A stretch of 64,000 nucleotides of DNA, taken from positions 48,362,001-48,426,000 of the forward strand of contig NC_086097.1 in assembly GCF_963921235.1 (NCBI RefSeq). Direction: 5' to 3'. Under the pieces are notes generated by a model. The model was not told where the DNA came from. It was given only the letters and a program-made list of their open reading frames with translations, and did no database searches. The position numbers and the translations under genes were made by a program. This DNA comes from Mobula hypostoma (taxonomy: Eukaryota). Each line of letters opens with the position of its first letter. The first letter of the stretch is position 1. Below are positions 50,037 through 63,769 of this stretch, piece by piece.

Positions 50037-50711
50037 TCTGCAACCCAATCTAGGTCCATGGTGCAAGTCCAACTCCAGCCATGCATATTCCCGCTTCTGC
50101 TTCATTCACTCCTTGATGTCTCTTTGTACAATCCTTGCTTCCTTGCTTTCCTAGTAACTATTAATAAACTCTGTTTTTGTTAACGCTATAAAACGTGTTT
50201 GTGTCCTGCATTTGGGTCCATCCATGCTCCACACTTGTGACACATTGTAATCGTGTTCCATACCACCAACTCAACTTGCAAGTTAAACTTCAGAGGATCC
50301 TGTACAAGGACTCCTAAATCCTTTTGCACTTCTGGTTTTGAATTTTCTCCCTGCTTAGAAAGTAGTCTATGCCTTTATTCCTTCTACCAAAGTGCATGAC
50401 TGTCCACTTTCCTACACAGTATTTTATCTGCCACTTCTTTGCCCATTCTCCCAATCTATCCAAGTCCTTCTGCAGATTCCCTATTTCCTCAATACTTCAT
50501 CTATCCGCTGCCCCTCCAACTATCTTTGTATCATCTACAATCTTAGCCACAAAGCCATCATTCTGTTAGCCAAATCTTTGACATAAGGTGACATAATGTT
50601 CCTGCATATTATTTGGAGGTTTCTTCACAACAGGGTTTATTCCTTTTGCTGTATCCAAGAAGTAGGCAGCTTGCAGATCTGGAAGCTCCTATAGCTTCTG
50701 CAGTCCTTTGC

Positions 50712-51210
50712 TTTGGGAGAAAACTATCTACAAGGATCCATGAACATCAGCTGGCTATAAAGTGGCATGACCAACTCTCCTCAGCCTCTACCTATAAAGA
50801 TCAAGAAGGGCACAAATTCAACTGGGCATCAGTGAAAATCATGACACAAGCAAAAATGTGGCATGCAAGAAAATTCCCAGAAGTGTGGTTTTCCACGATC
50901 AATTCTGTAAACAAACACATAGAGTTCAATCCTATTTATGAGCCGATGTGGGCAAAATTCCAGACCACAACACATGAAGTTTGCCACACAGCCAGTCAGT
51001 TAAGAGATTGAGTTTCCAAAGTGACATCCAATCAGTTGATTGCAAAGTAAATAAAAGCCAAGCATTAGGAGGATATGCCACAATCAACAGTGCACTGACG
51101 GTGTCTCCTCACACGGTGACGAAATGTTTGCAAATAAATTGCCAAGATCGGAGAACAATTCAACCCAACCGTCGACCATCTGAGTTACACATTTTCTGAA
51201 TTATTTCCAG
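50712..51210 (+). mobile_element. Second PLE family (Penelope/Poseidon-type GIY-YIG end)
   Basis: GRKLSTRIHEHQLAIK..GHKFNW..ARKFPEVWFS..VNKHIE..PIY. Confidence 0.8.
51091..51132 (+). ncRNA. Decayed minimal hammerhead motif of PLE family 2
   Basis: TGCA-CTGACGG-T-GTC..GAC-GAAA-TGTT-TGCA. Confidence 0.6.
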
Positions 51211-52504
51211 CAGTTTGTTGTGTGAGAGCTTTAGGAAATTATTGGGTCTGCTGAAGAGAGATTCTCCAATTGCCTCTGGAGAGTCATAGTATATGTCCAG
51301 ACTCTGCCACAGTATTTGTAAACCCTATGCTAGATTATTGATGTGAACGGCCCTAACCCTTCTTGCATGTTGCAGTAACTCCCCACCTAGCCACTTACCG
51401 AGAAGGTCTTGCACTTCACTAAGTCTGAGACTTAGTCCTTCCACAGCATTGCGAAAGCTTGTCATGCAGGACAGATAACTGGCAGACTGGTTGTCGAACA
51501 CCTGGTCCTGCTGTGGCTAGGACTTGATGAGTCAAATCTAGTGATACTGCAGCTCCTGAATGAAAGAATTGTGGAGACGAGTTTGCCAAATGTGTGCCCT
51601 GGGATGGATGGAAGTTCAGTCTGTCCATGTCTGTGCATCAGTAACAACTCTTGAATGAGGTTTTTGCAGTGGTGGAACTGCAGAAGGGGGCGTTGTGGCT
51701 CTTTGCTGCTGCTGGCCTTAACTGTCAATTACTGGACTATGTGAAAGGCAGGTTGGCTTCTCCTTGTAGAGCTGGAGCACTGTCTTTTTTATAACCAAAA
51801 TGGGTTTGGACATAATCTTTAGTAAGATGTACTGACTGTTGTGATGGCAACACATGACTGATTCCGGTTATAGACTTATCACTGTCTAAGTCAGCGTCTG
51901 CTTCATACACCTTTGCCTCTGCCAGGCAGCCTCAGCTTCGCACTCTTTCTTGAGCGCACTTAATGCATCCTCTACACGTGTTCTCTTCATGTTGATATAT
52001 GCTGTCTCCACGTCTGTACAAGCTTTTTCCATTTGCATTCTCAACTTTGCGCTTAGCATAAGCCACAGTCATTTTTGCATTTCTGCTCTGGCATGGACTC
52101 ATGCTGCAGCTAGGCTAATAGAGCATTGCAAAGACGCAATTGAAGACCCCATTCTGACCTGACTTCAAGGTCTTGATGGTTAATGTTGCACAGATTAGAA
52201 ACTGACATTGTCGTTTACACCGTTCAGACGCATCTCCAGTCTGCAGGTGATGCCTTTGAAGTTGAGTTATCTTTTAACTCTACTGCCCTCGCAGTGCATA
52301 TCTTCACAGCTATGAAGTGAGTTAAACAACTTTGCAAAAAACACCTGAGATGGAAACTTTCATCAGAATTTTTAATGCATTCTCTTACTTGGGACACTAC
52401 AGGAAGCTACGTAAAATACAGTATGTACTAAATTCAATACAGAATCATTGCATGTCTGAATATACTAATACTGTCATTTATTCTCACAGTTGATTATTCT
52501 CACA

Positions 52505-53568
52505 GGTTAAAGGTTTAAAGGTTTACTTATTATCAAAGTCTACAACTCTGAAATTCTTCAATTCTCTAGGTAGCCATGAAACCAAGAAAGAAAGAACAGA
52601 AAGGCAGCATGATCATCAATCCCAAAATCCCATCTCCCCACAAAAAAATCCAAAAACAGAACAAGCACATCAACCCCCAAAATCTCTCCTCCTGCACAAA
52701 AGCCAAGCAAAACAGATCAGGCACATTGACCCTCAAATCCCTCCTCCTGCATGAAAACCGAGCAAAACAGATCATGTACATTGACCCCAAAATCCCTCCT
52801 CCCGCACAAAAAAATTAACAAGGCAAATCAGGCATATTGACCCCTAAATCCCCTTTCCCAGACAAAAAAACCTGAGAAGATTGGGTGAAAAAACACAGAA
52901 TATAAAAACTATAAGGGTGAAAAAAAAGGATGTCATAGTCCGAGTCCACATCCAAAACGCAGGAAGAACCAGGGCAACACTCTCCGCAGTGACAGGCTCT
53001 CCCCTGTCTGGAGGTGTAGCAGAGCGATCAAAAAGCAGGCAGCCGGTGTTCACCCTCTGCACTCGCATCAATGCTTCAATCGCCCTCGTCGCTTTAGTCG
53101 GCGAACAGAGGAAGCTTTAATTGGTGGAATTGAGCCAAACGTCGGCTTGCGCCCTGTCCTGCAGCCTGCCCACTACGAGTTTCTCTCTTGCTGCCCCTGT
53201 CTCTTGGAATCCTCTTGAAGGCTGCAAAGCGCTGGAACACCAAAACGATCTCCACATTTCCGCACATGCATTGATGGTCTAATCTGACTTGGGGCTATAA
53301 TCGGCAAAATGGGGTCTAACATAGCCTCGTGCGCCACCCTGCAGGCTTATTGACATGAGGTTCACTCACACTGCCTCTGCCTCCTGGATGGTGGAGACTG
53401 CAGAGTGCTGACGCACTCAAACACTTTCCAAACAGCAAAACACAGGCTCCAGTGATTTCAGAATCACATTCAAGATGAGAAACAAACATAAAAGACATAA
53501 AAGAAGTAAAAAAGATGTTTCCATGATCCACCCAGAAGATGTCGACCAAAGGAGTGTTATATGCAGGT
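52505..53568 (-). mobile_element. Non-coding retroposon with LINE-type 3' tail
   Basis: (AAACCTTT)n-like tail with TTTGATAATAA on the minus strand; CpG-richer body; no recognisable ORF. Confidence 0.5.
52600..52870. repeat. Tandem repeat of about 55 bp, roughly 5 copies
   Basis: CAGGCACATTGACCC.AAATCCCTCCTCC.GCACAAAA units. Confidence 0.75.
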
Positions 53569-53569
53569 A

Positions 53570-54105
53570 CAGCAGCGCCACTTTCACTTCAGATGGTTGA
53601 GAAAGCTTGGTATGGGCCCTCAAATCTTAAGAACTTACTACAGGGCACAATTGAGAGCATCCTGACTGGCTGCATCACAGCCTGGTATGGGAACTGTACC
53701 TCCCTTAATCGCAGGACCCTGCAGAGAGTGGTGCGGACAGCCCGGTGCATCTGTAGTTGTGAACTTCCCATGATTCAGGACAGGTGTAAGAAAAGGGCCC
53801 GTAGGATCATTGGGGACCCAAGTCATCCCAACCATAATCTATTCCAGCTGCTACCATCTGGGAAGCGGTACTGCAGTATAAAATCCAGGACTAACAGGCT
53901 CCGGGACAGCTTCTTCCACCAGGCCATCAGGCTGATGAACTCACACTGATTTGAGTGTACTCTGTATTACATTGACTGTTCTATTTACTATAAATTATTA
54001 TAAATTATTTGATCGCACAGGGCACATTTAGATGGAGATGTAACATAAAGATTTTCATTCCTCATGTATGTAAAGGATGTAGGAAATAAAGTCAATTCAA
54101 TTCAA
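53570..54105 (+). mobile_element. Rex/Babar 3' fragment
   Basis: GTIESILTGCITAWYGNC..LQRVVRTA..LLPSGKRY..RLRDSFFHQAIRLMN; AATAAAG(TCAAT)n tail. Confidence 0.92.
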
Positions 54106-55382
54106 TACACACACGCATTACTCTATAACAATGTCATGTAAACAAGAGTAAACTCATGCACGTCGATATGTTAATAATGATAAACATAATACTTCCTTCA
54201 AAATATATCTACTAAATATTTACCCATATTAACAAAAACTTAAGATCACAGATATTGTTGTTTCAAGAGCAAATAAAGAGTACATGGAGATGAATGTCTT
54301 CCCACCATGTGCTTCGAATTGAACCAAATTAGCCCGTGCAGGAAATGATATAATTCCCTTTTGCCCTTGGGGACTCCCCTTATAAATCCTAGTTGATGAC
54401 AATTTTAGTTTTAAACCAGATTTTAGGGATTTCCAACTAAACATTCTGAAGCAATTCATCTAACTAAGGCTTGTGGTTATGCCACACCCCATTAATCCCT
54501 CAATGTGGTGCAAAACAGGTTGCGATATACTGAAGACATGTCATCGTTTACACCAGAATTGATTTGTATAATTTACATTACTGGCTTTCAACAAACATTC
54601 CTCTCAAAACAAGTATACATAATTGTGTATTTTGGTAAGCAGGTTCTGGAAGACGTCCTATATTTCTTTCTGCATACTTTACACAGATAATATGTTCAAG
54701 AATACAGAGGAAACAATTTCATTGTCAAATATATAGCATGTTATCATTTGGTAAAATAGTGTGAAACAAACCAAAAATGTAATTTGCTTTAGCGAATAGT
54801 CTGTGACTTACTGTTAATTGATTTGCTGGGACTCCTGTACATACTGGCACCATATTTGAAATCATTCATTTCCAGTCGTTCTGCTGAGAGCAGGGTTAGT
54901 GAATGTGAAATGGAGTTATGGTGAGGTTCATCATAATGTAGTTCATGAGGCAAATGTACTAATCAGGCTCTTTGTTGCTTGCCCTTGCTATGACCGCCTC
55001 TGGTATCTGCTGTGTTGATTTGGTTGGCAGTCACAGATATATCTCTCCCTAGTCACATCATCTTCATTCTGCGGACAAGCGAACAGGTAACTCTGAGTGC
55101 AATACTACGCACTCTTCATCTGCAAAGCATTGTCTCTAATATGCTGCAGTTTGAGGTGCCAATGTATCTTGCCAGCTCCTGCACCAGCTCTTTAAAATAA
55201 TTCCTTGGTCCTTCCACTAAACGCTTTAACATTTTACCCCTGAACTCCTTCTGCATCATCTTTGTCTTATGAACTCTGATCCTCAAATCCTATATTTTTC
55301 CCTGATACTCCCACTTCCTAAACTTCTAGCTGATACACAGAACCTGCACTGACATCATTTTCAATTCTTATTTATCCATACT

Positions 55383-55565
55383 GTGGTTTCTTCTCGTGCC
55401 TTGTGGCGTATTGGCCAGCATTCTGCTGTTTCAGTAGGATTTGACTGTTTTTTTAATGAGGCCGAGTTGCTAGCTCAGATCTCAACCCAGCATGAATGGA
55501 ACAGCATGCAAGGAGCCGGCTGGATTCGAACTCCGGATGATTCACCTCAAAGTCATTGCTCCAAA
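55383..55565 (-). mobile_element. tRNA-derived SINE with RTE-like tail
   Basis: B box AGTTCGAATCC on the minus strand; ends ACGCCACAAGGCACGAGAAGAA. Confidence 0.6.
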
Positions 55566-55589
55566 TGTCAAACATCTAAAAATAAAAAT

Positions 55590-56720
55590 TGACAATATTT
55601 GTTGGTTCTGATTTCCTTGAGCCTTGTCCATTCCCAAAGTATAAAGTTGGTCCAAGATGCCCCAAGGCTCTGCCAATTTTTAGTCAAATATAGCCTTTGA
55701 ACTTCTTGGTGGTGCTAAGGCGGTATCAGATTAATGTTGTGGGATGGAGTCAAGAATGCTTACATCAAGGGCAGAGTTGTAGTTGAGGAGATCTTCAGAA
55801 TGTTCCTTTATTATCCTTGATAAATTCACCACTCACTTTCTGAGTTATGAGTGGGTTTACTCTTGGGTATGGGGGCCAATGAAGGCTTTGACCGGCTGAA
55901 GTGTCACCAACATTGTGGTTGTCAGCGAGTTACTGAAACTTCTGTGCTCTTTCCACTCACCATTTCTTGTTGGATATCAGTCTTTGGTGTCCTTTCACCG
56001 TCAGACATGATGGGACATCTATTTCAGGAAGACTTTGTACTTGCAGGTAATTAGGTCCAGCATCTCCTTTCTCCTGATAATTCCCAGCCAATGATACCCA
56101 CAGAAATCCTACCAACTGTCCTGAAGTTCAGCCTATTGGCACTAGTAAACTAATTCAAGACTTCTCTACCAGTATAAACCAGTACTCATTTTGCAGAAAA
56201 GTCCAGAATTGGTTTACAAGTGCCAATAGGGTGGACTTTAGAACAGTTGGTATGCTTTCTGTGGCTACCATTAGCTGGGAATCAACATGTTGTTTATGTT
56301 GCATTATCTGAAGGCTGCCTTAGTGGGGTTCTTGATAGCTTCACTATTGATTTTCTAGAGGCAACATCTGTTGTTGTCTTAGTTTTAGGGTCAGGTTTAA
56401 GGAGATAATATAGCAGATTAGGTGTGATTAATCCCACTATTATCAATACTTGTCACAGTTAGGATGATCTTTGGCATCACTCATTTGGATATAATCTAAT
56501 AAGTTCTAGTGCTGGATTTGTTGTGCTAAAATAAGGTGTCTCTCTGGCAAAACAGGGTGTTGATTTTGACAAGACTTGGACAGGAGGCAAGTTTCTATTA
56601 GAGTTAGCCCTAGTTCTGCCTTTCTCAACACACCCTGCCAGAGGATTAGGTTCTTTCCTATTCTGACATTTCAGGTCCCCAGTAAAATCTACTTGTCTCC
56701 CTCTGAGTTATGAGCCAGGT
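55590..56720 (-). mobile_element. Old RTE LINE remnant (endonuclease to linker)
   Basis: NSN..LLSK..LVKINTLFCQRD..H*NLLDYI across frameshifts. Confidence 0.45.
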
Positions 56721-57996
56721 TTCTCCTCAAGGTTTGAGTAAGATAATGTACCTTTTCAGATTTGCCTTTCAAGAATGTATACCCATCATTTTATTCTTTG
56801 AGCTGCCTACCTCTTGTTTGTCACCTTTCACTCAGTATTTTAACATCATTGTCAAGATATCTGAATTTCCAATCTATGAAAGCAGAGTAACTTTAACAGC
56901 AACTATCCTTGTGCACAGTTTTGAAATCATGTATGCTAATACTTTCAAGCATTAAATCCAGATCATTGCTTTATTTTTATCTGCTTATATCTTCAGTTAT
57001 ATCATCCACTTTAATTTGTAGAGGACACTGGGTCTTGAGATCTGGCCATGTAATGCAGAGGCAGTAATTCAACTTTTTGATGATGCCTCCTAAATTATTG
57101 CAGCTCAGAACATCTCTGATCTCGAACAAGCGTGTGATAGGAATGGCTCTGGCAGTTATGTCCTTTATGAGGAAATGTCAAACACACTAGTTAGCATCTC
57201 TAATTATGGGCATTATATAAAATTGTAAGTAAATGTGCCATTAGAGAATACATAAACTGCAGTGTAGCAATTACATAATGAAGCCGGAGAAGTTTGTTGC
57301 AGGCTGGCCACATGCTGTTTATTGGTGGCATGCACATACCAGTACCTGAATATGTCTAAAATGTAGTGCCCTTATCACTTACTGAATGGATTTCTCCACT
57401 GTGAGTTGCACATTCCTTGTGCTTAATGCTGCGTTAAGAAATACTCATTCCCTTAACAAGTCTTGCAGTTGAACTCTTTGGAACTGTAACAGATCATTTC
57501 ACATGTCACAGGTGGGATTTCAGATTCTTCAGGACACATCCGAGTGATGAAAAGCTTACCATTCATCAGTATATCATCCCAGGTTTTCTTCAGGATTGGA
57601 ATACATTCTTAATTTCAGTTATCTGCCAAGCTTTCTGAATATAACACGATTTTTAATCAAAGATAATTGATTGTAACTTCTGCACGGTATAGAGCATGCT
57701 TTAAATCTTATTGATTTGCAGTTGAGTTGCCTTTTGCATCTATTAAAAAGTAAATCACCTCCATTTTGAAAGCCCCTTACCAAGGGGATAAATGATTATC
57801 TCAATGGGGTCATCTATGCCTAAAATAGAACTCAGTGAAGGATTAAGTTACAGAGATACCGAGTTAGAATGAGGTTTGAAATGGATGATTTGTCACAAAG
57901 ACACAATAATGTAAAATACTTTCAAACAATCATTTGAACATTGCACAATATAGAATTAACATTTACTATTAGCGTTTATAAAATTCAAATTATAAT

Positions 57997-60770
57997 TAGA
58001 GTCATGAAGCACTACAGCACAGAAACAGGTCCTTTGGCCCATCTAGTCTGAGCTGTTATTCTGCTTCATCCCATCAACCTGCACCTGGATTATAGTGCTC
58101 TATATCTCTCCCAACCAGAAGTTTATTCAAACTTCTCTTAAATGTTGCAATTGAATCCGCATCCACCACTTCTGCTGGCAGCTCATTCCACACTTGCACC
58201 CTCTGAAAAAAGAAGTTCCGACTGAGGTTCCACTTAAATATTTCACCTTTCTCCCTTAACCTATAACCTCTAGTTCTAGTTTCACCAAACCTCAGTGGAA
58301 AAAGCCTGTTTGCATTAACTTTATCGATACCCTTCATAATTAGGTATACTTCTGTTGGATCACCCCTAATTCTTCTACACTCCAGGGAATAAATTTCAAA
58401 TATATTCATCCTTTCCCTATAACTCAGGTGTTCAAATTCTGGCAACATCCTCGTAAATTTTTAAAGTACCCTTTACTCTGGTTTATGAACACCAATCAAT
58501 GTGCTTAAAGCTCCATTGATGACCCTGTCTACCTGTGATGGCAACTTTAATAAATTATGTTTCTGTATTCCCAGACTCCTCAGTTCTACCACATTCCTCA
58601 TTACCTACCGTTTACTGGGCAAGTCCTACCCTGGTTTGTCCTCCCAAAGCACAACTGCTCACACTGCATTAAACTCCATCTGATATTTTTCAGCCCATTT
58701 TTCCAACTGGTCCATATCTGCTGCAAGCTTTAATGACCTGCCTCACTGTCCACTATGCCCCCAACTTTGGTGTCATCCGCAGATTTGTTAATCCAGTTTA
58801 CCAGATTATCATCCAGATTATTGATATTGATGACAGACAACGATGGACCCAGCACTGATGCTTGCGGACACCAGTAATCACAGGCCTCCAGACAGAGGCA
58901 ACTGTCACTCCCTGGCTTCTCCTGCTTACTCAATATTGAATCCAATTTACTACTTCATTCCAAATGCCAAGCCATTGAACCTTCCAGACTAGTTACACAT
59001 CCAGAATTTTGTCAAAAGCTTTGCTATAGTCCATCTAGCCAAAGTTCCTACATCAATCTTCTTGATAACCTCCTTGAAAAACGCAATAAATTTGGTTAGA
59101 CACAACCTAACATGATCAAAGCCATGTTGACTATCCCTAATCAGGTCTTGTCTATTCAAATACTTATATATCCTGTCCCTTTGCATCTCTTACATTAATT
59201 TTGCCACAACTGACAAATTATAGGCTCACCAGCCTATAATTTCCCAGCAATATTAGCTACCTGGCACTTCACCTGTGACTAAGATCATTTTCAATATCTC
59301 TGCTTGGGCCCCTGCAATTTCCACATTAGCCTCCCACTGGATCCGAGAGGACTGCTAGCCAGACTCTGGAGATTTATCCGCCCTAATTTGCCTCAAGACT
59401 GCAAGCACCTGCTCCTCTGTAATCTGAATATGGTGCACGAACACACTACTATTATTCCTCAGTTCTATAGACTCTGTGTCCACCTCCCAAGTAAATACAG
59501 ATGCAAAAAAATCTATTTAAGATCTCCCCCATCTCATTTGGGTCAATGCATAGATGACCACACTGATCTTCAATTGGGCCAATTCTGTTCCCAGCTATCC
59601 TTTTGCTCTCAATGTATCTGCAGAAGCTCTTAGGAGTTTTCTTCACCTTGCCTGCCAGGGCAACCGCATGTCTTCTTTTATTCTTCCTTATTAACCTCTG
59701 AAATGTTCTCTGCATTTCTTCTATACCTCAAGTGCCTGTCTAGATCTGCTGTGCACCTCATTCTTCTTCTTAACCAGAGCTTCAATATCCCTCAAAGATC
59801 AAAATTCTCTCAACCTTTTAGCTTTAACTTTTGAAGGCCTTCTACTTACTGTTACATACCTCATGAAGATCTTGTGACTTTCTTGTGAGAATGATGTAAT
59901 GGTCTTTTGGAGGTCACCTGATGTAATTTTCCTGCCGATGTGAGGTCACGTGATGACATGTTCACCACGGGTATAAAAGGGAAGACGCCTGGTGGCACAG
60001 TTAGTTTTCCAGTTAGAACGTCAATGAGATACTCCGCTCCACTGCTTATTTGCATTATGATGCAGTTTTGATTTTAAACGGAGTTTTATGTTCTATTGTA
60101 AGATACAGAAGTCTGGACCGGCAGTTTGACCAATCACTGCCAGGTTTGTTAATGTATCTTTTCAGTAACATTGGAGAGTGAAGACGGGACCCTGAAGGAG
60201 ACGTTCGATGGGTTTGGAAAGGATCAACCATTACTGAATTCGTTCAAGAAAGAATGATCTGCATGAGATAGCCTCTGCTAAAAGTGGTAGAAAAGGCTGT
60301 GCAGGATCTATTCTATGGAGGAGGAAGGTCAGTACCTTTAAAACCATTTTATTTCCGTCATCGTGAATCCTGCAGACAAGGCAGGATCTGGCTGGGAGTG
60401 GCAGTGACATCATGTCTTCGAGGAATTCGTTACTTCATGAAAGTCTCTCCTAATTGACTATATAAATCTCTTGGATTTTAAAATTTACCATTCGAAGAAT
60501 TGTGTTTGAATTTGTTGCTTTAAGAACTGGTTTGGCATTTATCGCTTTAAGAACTAGTACTGAGAAGTGCTTTACTGAATGACCACATAGCCGTTTACTT
60601 CCGGTTAGGGTTTTCGTTTTTTTTTCATTGTTTATCAGGGTTTAATAAATGCTTGTTTGTTTATAAATCCTGGCTCGATATATTCATTGTTGCCGATCAT
60701 GTGACATTACCAAGCATCCTTTTGCCAGAAAACAACCTGTCCCAATCCTCACCTGCTGGATCCTTTCAAA
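57997..60770 (-). mobile_element. CR1 LINE, decayed ORF2, interrupted by a solo LTR
   Basis: LIRDSQHGF, SVLGPSL..ADDTKVGG, WNELPAEVV; resumes at 60711. Confidence 0.9.
59850..60706 (+). mobile_element. Solo LTR, 857 bp
   Basis: TGTTACAT...ATGTGACA termini; 4-bp TSD TTAC at 59846-59849 and 60707-60710; TATAAAA at 59972; AATAAA at 60644. Confidence 0.9.
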
Positions 60771-62789
60771 TGTAATTGTGATCATTGTGGAATAAGAAAT
60801 AAAGAATGAACACTTATCAGAAATGTACCTTAGTCTCTGCCTCTCCATGTTGAAGCCTCTTGAGCCAAATTCTCACCTTCCATTATAACGATGGCACACT
60901 CTAATACTAGCTCACTCCAGCAATGGCCACTATGCTTTAACCCAACTTCTTTTTATTGGTTCTTGCCAAGTGCATCTCCTCTCCTCAGAAAATCCTGCTA
61001 GGCCCTGCTTGTGTTTTAAAGTCTGGTGCTAAACCTCTCCTTATGCAACTACCACAACAATTTTGAGCTCTATAGAAAGTGATATGTTTGTGTCTTTTCT
61101 GGTAAGTAATAAATTCATGTTTGTATCCCAACTTCTTTGTTTGGTCATACATTACATTTAATTTTGGGCTGCTATGGTGGTGATTTCTCTCAGGAAAAAT
61201 GACCCTGAAAATCATTTGTAACGTGGTGAGAATGAAGCTGAATGAGAAATTATACTCACAGTTATTCCAATTATTTCCCAAATAAAGACTGCAGAATGTT
61301 AGTATTATTGTTCAGCATGTTTAATGTTTTCCTTATTTCAAAGGTTTATTGGATTGAATTACCTTTACTTGTTGCAAAGTGCATTGCATGGTTCAGTATG
61401 AAAGGTGACTGCTGAAGTCATTTGGACAATTTGCACTAAAGCCTGATGTTGAAGGTATTATCTTTCATGATTGCAAACAATGCGTAAAATTGTAAACATA
61501 TCTTGGGGCTTCAACCTTAGGGGTTGGAATGCCTTTCCCATTGAGAATTGCATATCAGCAATTTAAGTAGTAGCAGGCTTGATTAGTAGCTCTTCTGGGA
61601 GACCACTGTGCAGAGGGATGAGGCGTGACCCAAGTCCTTATTGTTGTGGAACCGAACACAATGAAACAAAAATCTGTTTGCTTGTAGTCACAGCTCCGAT
61701 TTTCAAAATAGCACTTTGAGTTTCTTTTTGTCTTAGATAAGCAATTGGATCCATCATTATAGGGGAAAAAAGATATTTGAAATTTTTTGAAGTAGTTGCT
61801 TGCTATGTTCACTTGCCATGAATCAAGCTATTTTAACAATCATTCTGGCTCATATTTATTGTCCATTTTCTTAGCCCACCCTGGCAAAGGTTATAGATTC
61901 ATTTGGGTGCTAGTATGGAACGTAAGTATCTAGTTTAAACCACTGGGTGTACTATTATATCATTTAGTAAAAGCATTTCTTTAAAGAGATGCTTTTCAGA
62001 CTGTTTACATAAATAAGCTGTACCATTACACCAGAGACTATATTTAAGGAAAAGTTGATGCATTAACTATTTGAAATGCATTCATTACATTCATGGGGTA
62101 TTAGTTGTGATGAACAGGTTTCTAGAGGAAGAGACAGAGATTCATTTCTTTCACACAATTTCAAGAAAGTGTTAAATAGATTCCTGAAAAATGAGGTAAT
62201 CATGACATGGAAGGTAAAAGTAAATTAAGTCTGGATGATAACTAATGGGTCTGAGGTCTCCTGGGGTTTGTCTGATTGCCTGTGAGGGCTGAAGTGGAGT
62301 TTCTGCCAGATTACTTCAGAATTGACCGCAGGTCTCAGGTTCTCCCAGGAGGTGAAGGAAAGCTATGGTAGGTGTGCATGGATGAAATGAACCAAATGAT
62401 TCAGTCAAGCATCTCTACAGCTGCATTTATTTCTTGTCCTGGATGCACAAACATATCAAACTGACGCCTTATATTTTTTCTCAATCCATTCTGATGGCAC
62501 TGATTATTATTTAGTATTGAACTGGTACAACACTTATGCAATAGTTTATCACCTTTTTGTGTGGTATTGCATTTAGGTAATTAATATAGAAAAATACAGT
62601 ATATTGGTCACTTCCTCCACGGATGGCCCGTCTGCTATGGCAGTTTGATTCTACAGGGTGTGGTGATGTTGCTGGTGGCATAACATTGTTAATAGCTAAC
62701 AGTTAATGTTGAGGGATGTAAATATGTCTTGAATGTAATCAAGTTATGCATTGTCAAAAGCTTTATAATCACAAAAGGATGGAGAAATA

Positions 62790-63540
62790 ACAGATAGAGT
62801 CTAATAGGAGAAGAGTAGGGTGATGCATTATGGGAAGTCAATTTATACAGTAAGTGGCAGTGATACACAGAGAGGTCTTGATGTCCTTAGCTCCCTAAAA
62901 ATAGGATAGGGCAGTAAAGTAGGTGAATGGCATCCTGACCTCCATAGGTCGTGGCATCTAGTATAAAAGTTGGGAACACATATTGCAGCTGTGTGAAGTT
63001 ACATTGGGGCACATTTGTAGAATTGTGTGTTCTGGGTAACATACTATGAGAAAAATGTGGAGGTTTCAGTGAGAGTGTAAGACGGGTTATAAGAGACATT
63101 GGTAAGGTGGCCAGACTTGTTTTACCATGGTGAAAATATCAACTACTAGAGGGCATAGGTTTAAGGTGAAAAGCATAAAGTTTAGAAGAGTTTTATGGGG
63201 CAAGTATTTTAAACAAAGAAGGGTAGATGTTTGAACATGCTACCAGGGGCAGTGGTGGAATCATAGACATAGGAAAGTACAGCACAGAAGCAGGTCCTTA
63301 TACCTATCCAGCCCACGTTGAACCATTTAAACTGCCAGATAGAATCATATAGGATAGCAACATTCATTTATTTATTTGTTTGTTTGTTTGATTAAATCTT
63401 ACATTCATCCCACAGCGTGAGGGAGTAAAAGTCTTTGTTTCATGACTCTTTCGCAATATACAGAAATATGAATTAACAGGCATTTAGATAAGTACATGGA
63501 CAGGCAAGAAACACAGAAAACAGGAACAGGCACTTTGATC
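62790..63540 (+). mobile_element. Old CR1 3' remnant carrying two small antisense insertions (63266-63341 and about 63364-63470)
   Basis: TRGHRFKVK; TSD GAATCATA at 63258-63265 and 63342-63349. Confidence 0.7.
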
Positions 63541-63769
63541 CATCATGTCTGCAGTGACCATAATGCTAACGTAAACCAACACTATTTGTATGCATATGGC
63601 CCATATCCTTAGCCAGTATTTTCTGCTGCTAAAAAATGCAGAAGTGTATTGAAATACAAGGTTAGATTTAAACTCAAATTCTAACATGCAATTTGAATTT
63701 GCAGCCTTCTGATTCAGAGAAGGGAAATATCAGACACTCAGCCATGATGCAGTGTTTTAAATTGAAATG

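Larger units (their letters stand above)
48994..50242 (+). mobile_element. Solo LTR, 1249 bp
   Basis: TGTCAC...GTGACA termini; 5-bp TSD CATTG at 48989-48993 and 50243-50247; AATAAA at about 50163. Confidence 0.9.
48545..50585 (-). mobile_element. CR1 3' fragment interrupted by a solo LTR (parts 48545-48993 and 50243-50585)
   Basis: FFSQRVVNLWNSLPQ; LYKALARLHLEYCVRF; ADDTKI-like motif. Confidence 0.85.
50590..52500 (-). mobile_element. BEL/Pao LTR retrotransposon gag remnant (possible 5' LTR at about 52280-52500), split by a PLE
   Basis: VFDNQSASY..SFRNAVEGL..DLLGKWLGGE..ARRVRAVHINN..YDSPEAIGESLF, resuming LDTAKGINPVVKK at 50600-50700. Confidence 0.75.

Noticed and set aside
49608..50183. 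Overlapping ORFs with PSPS/TWTW/LGLG/DLDL repeats
   Set aside because: Translation artefacts of a stop-free minisatellite inside an LTR
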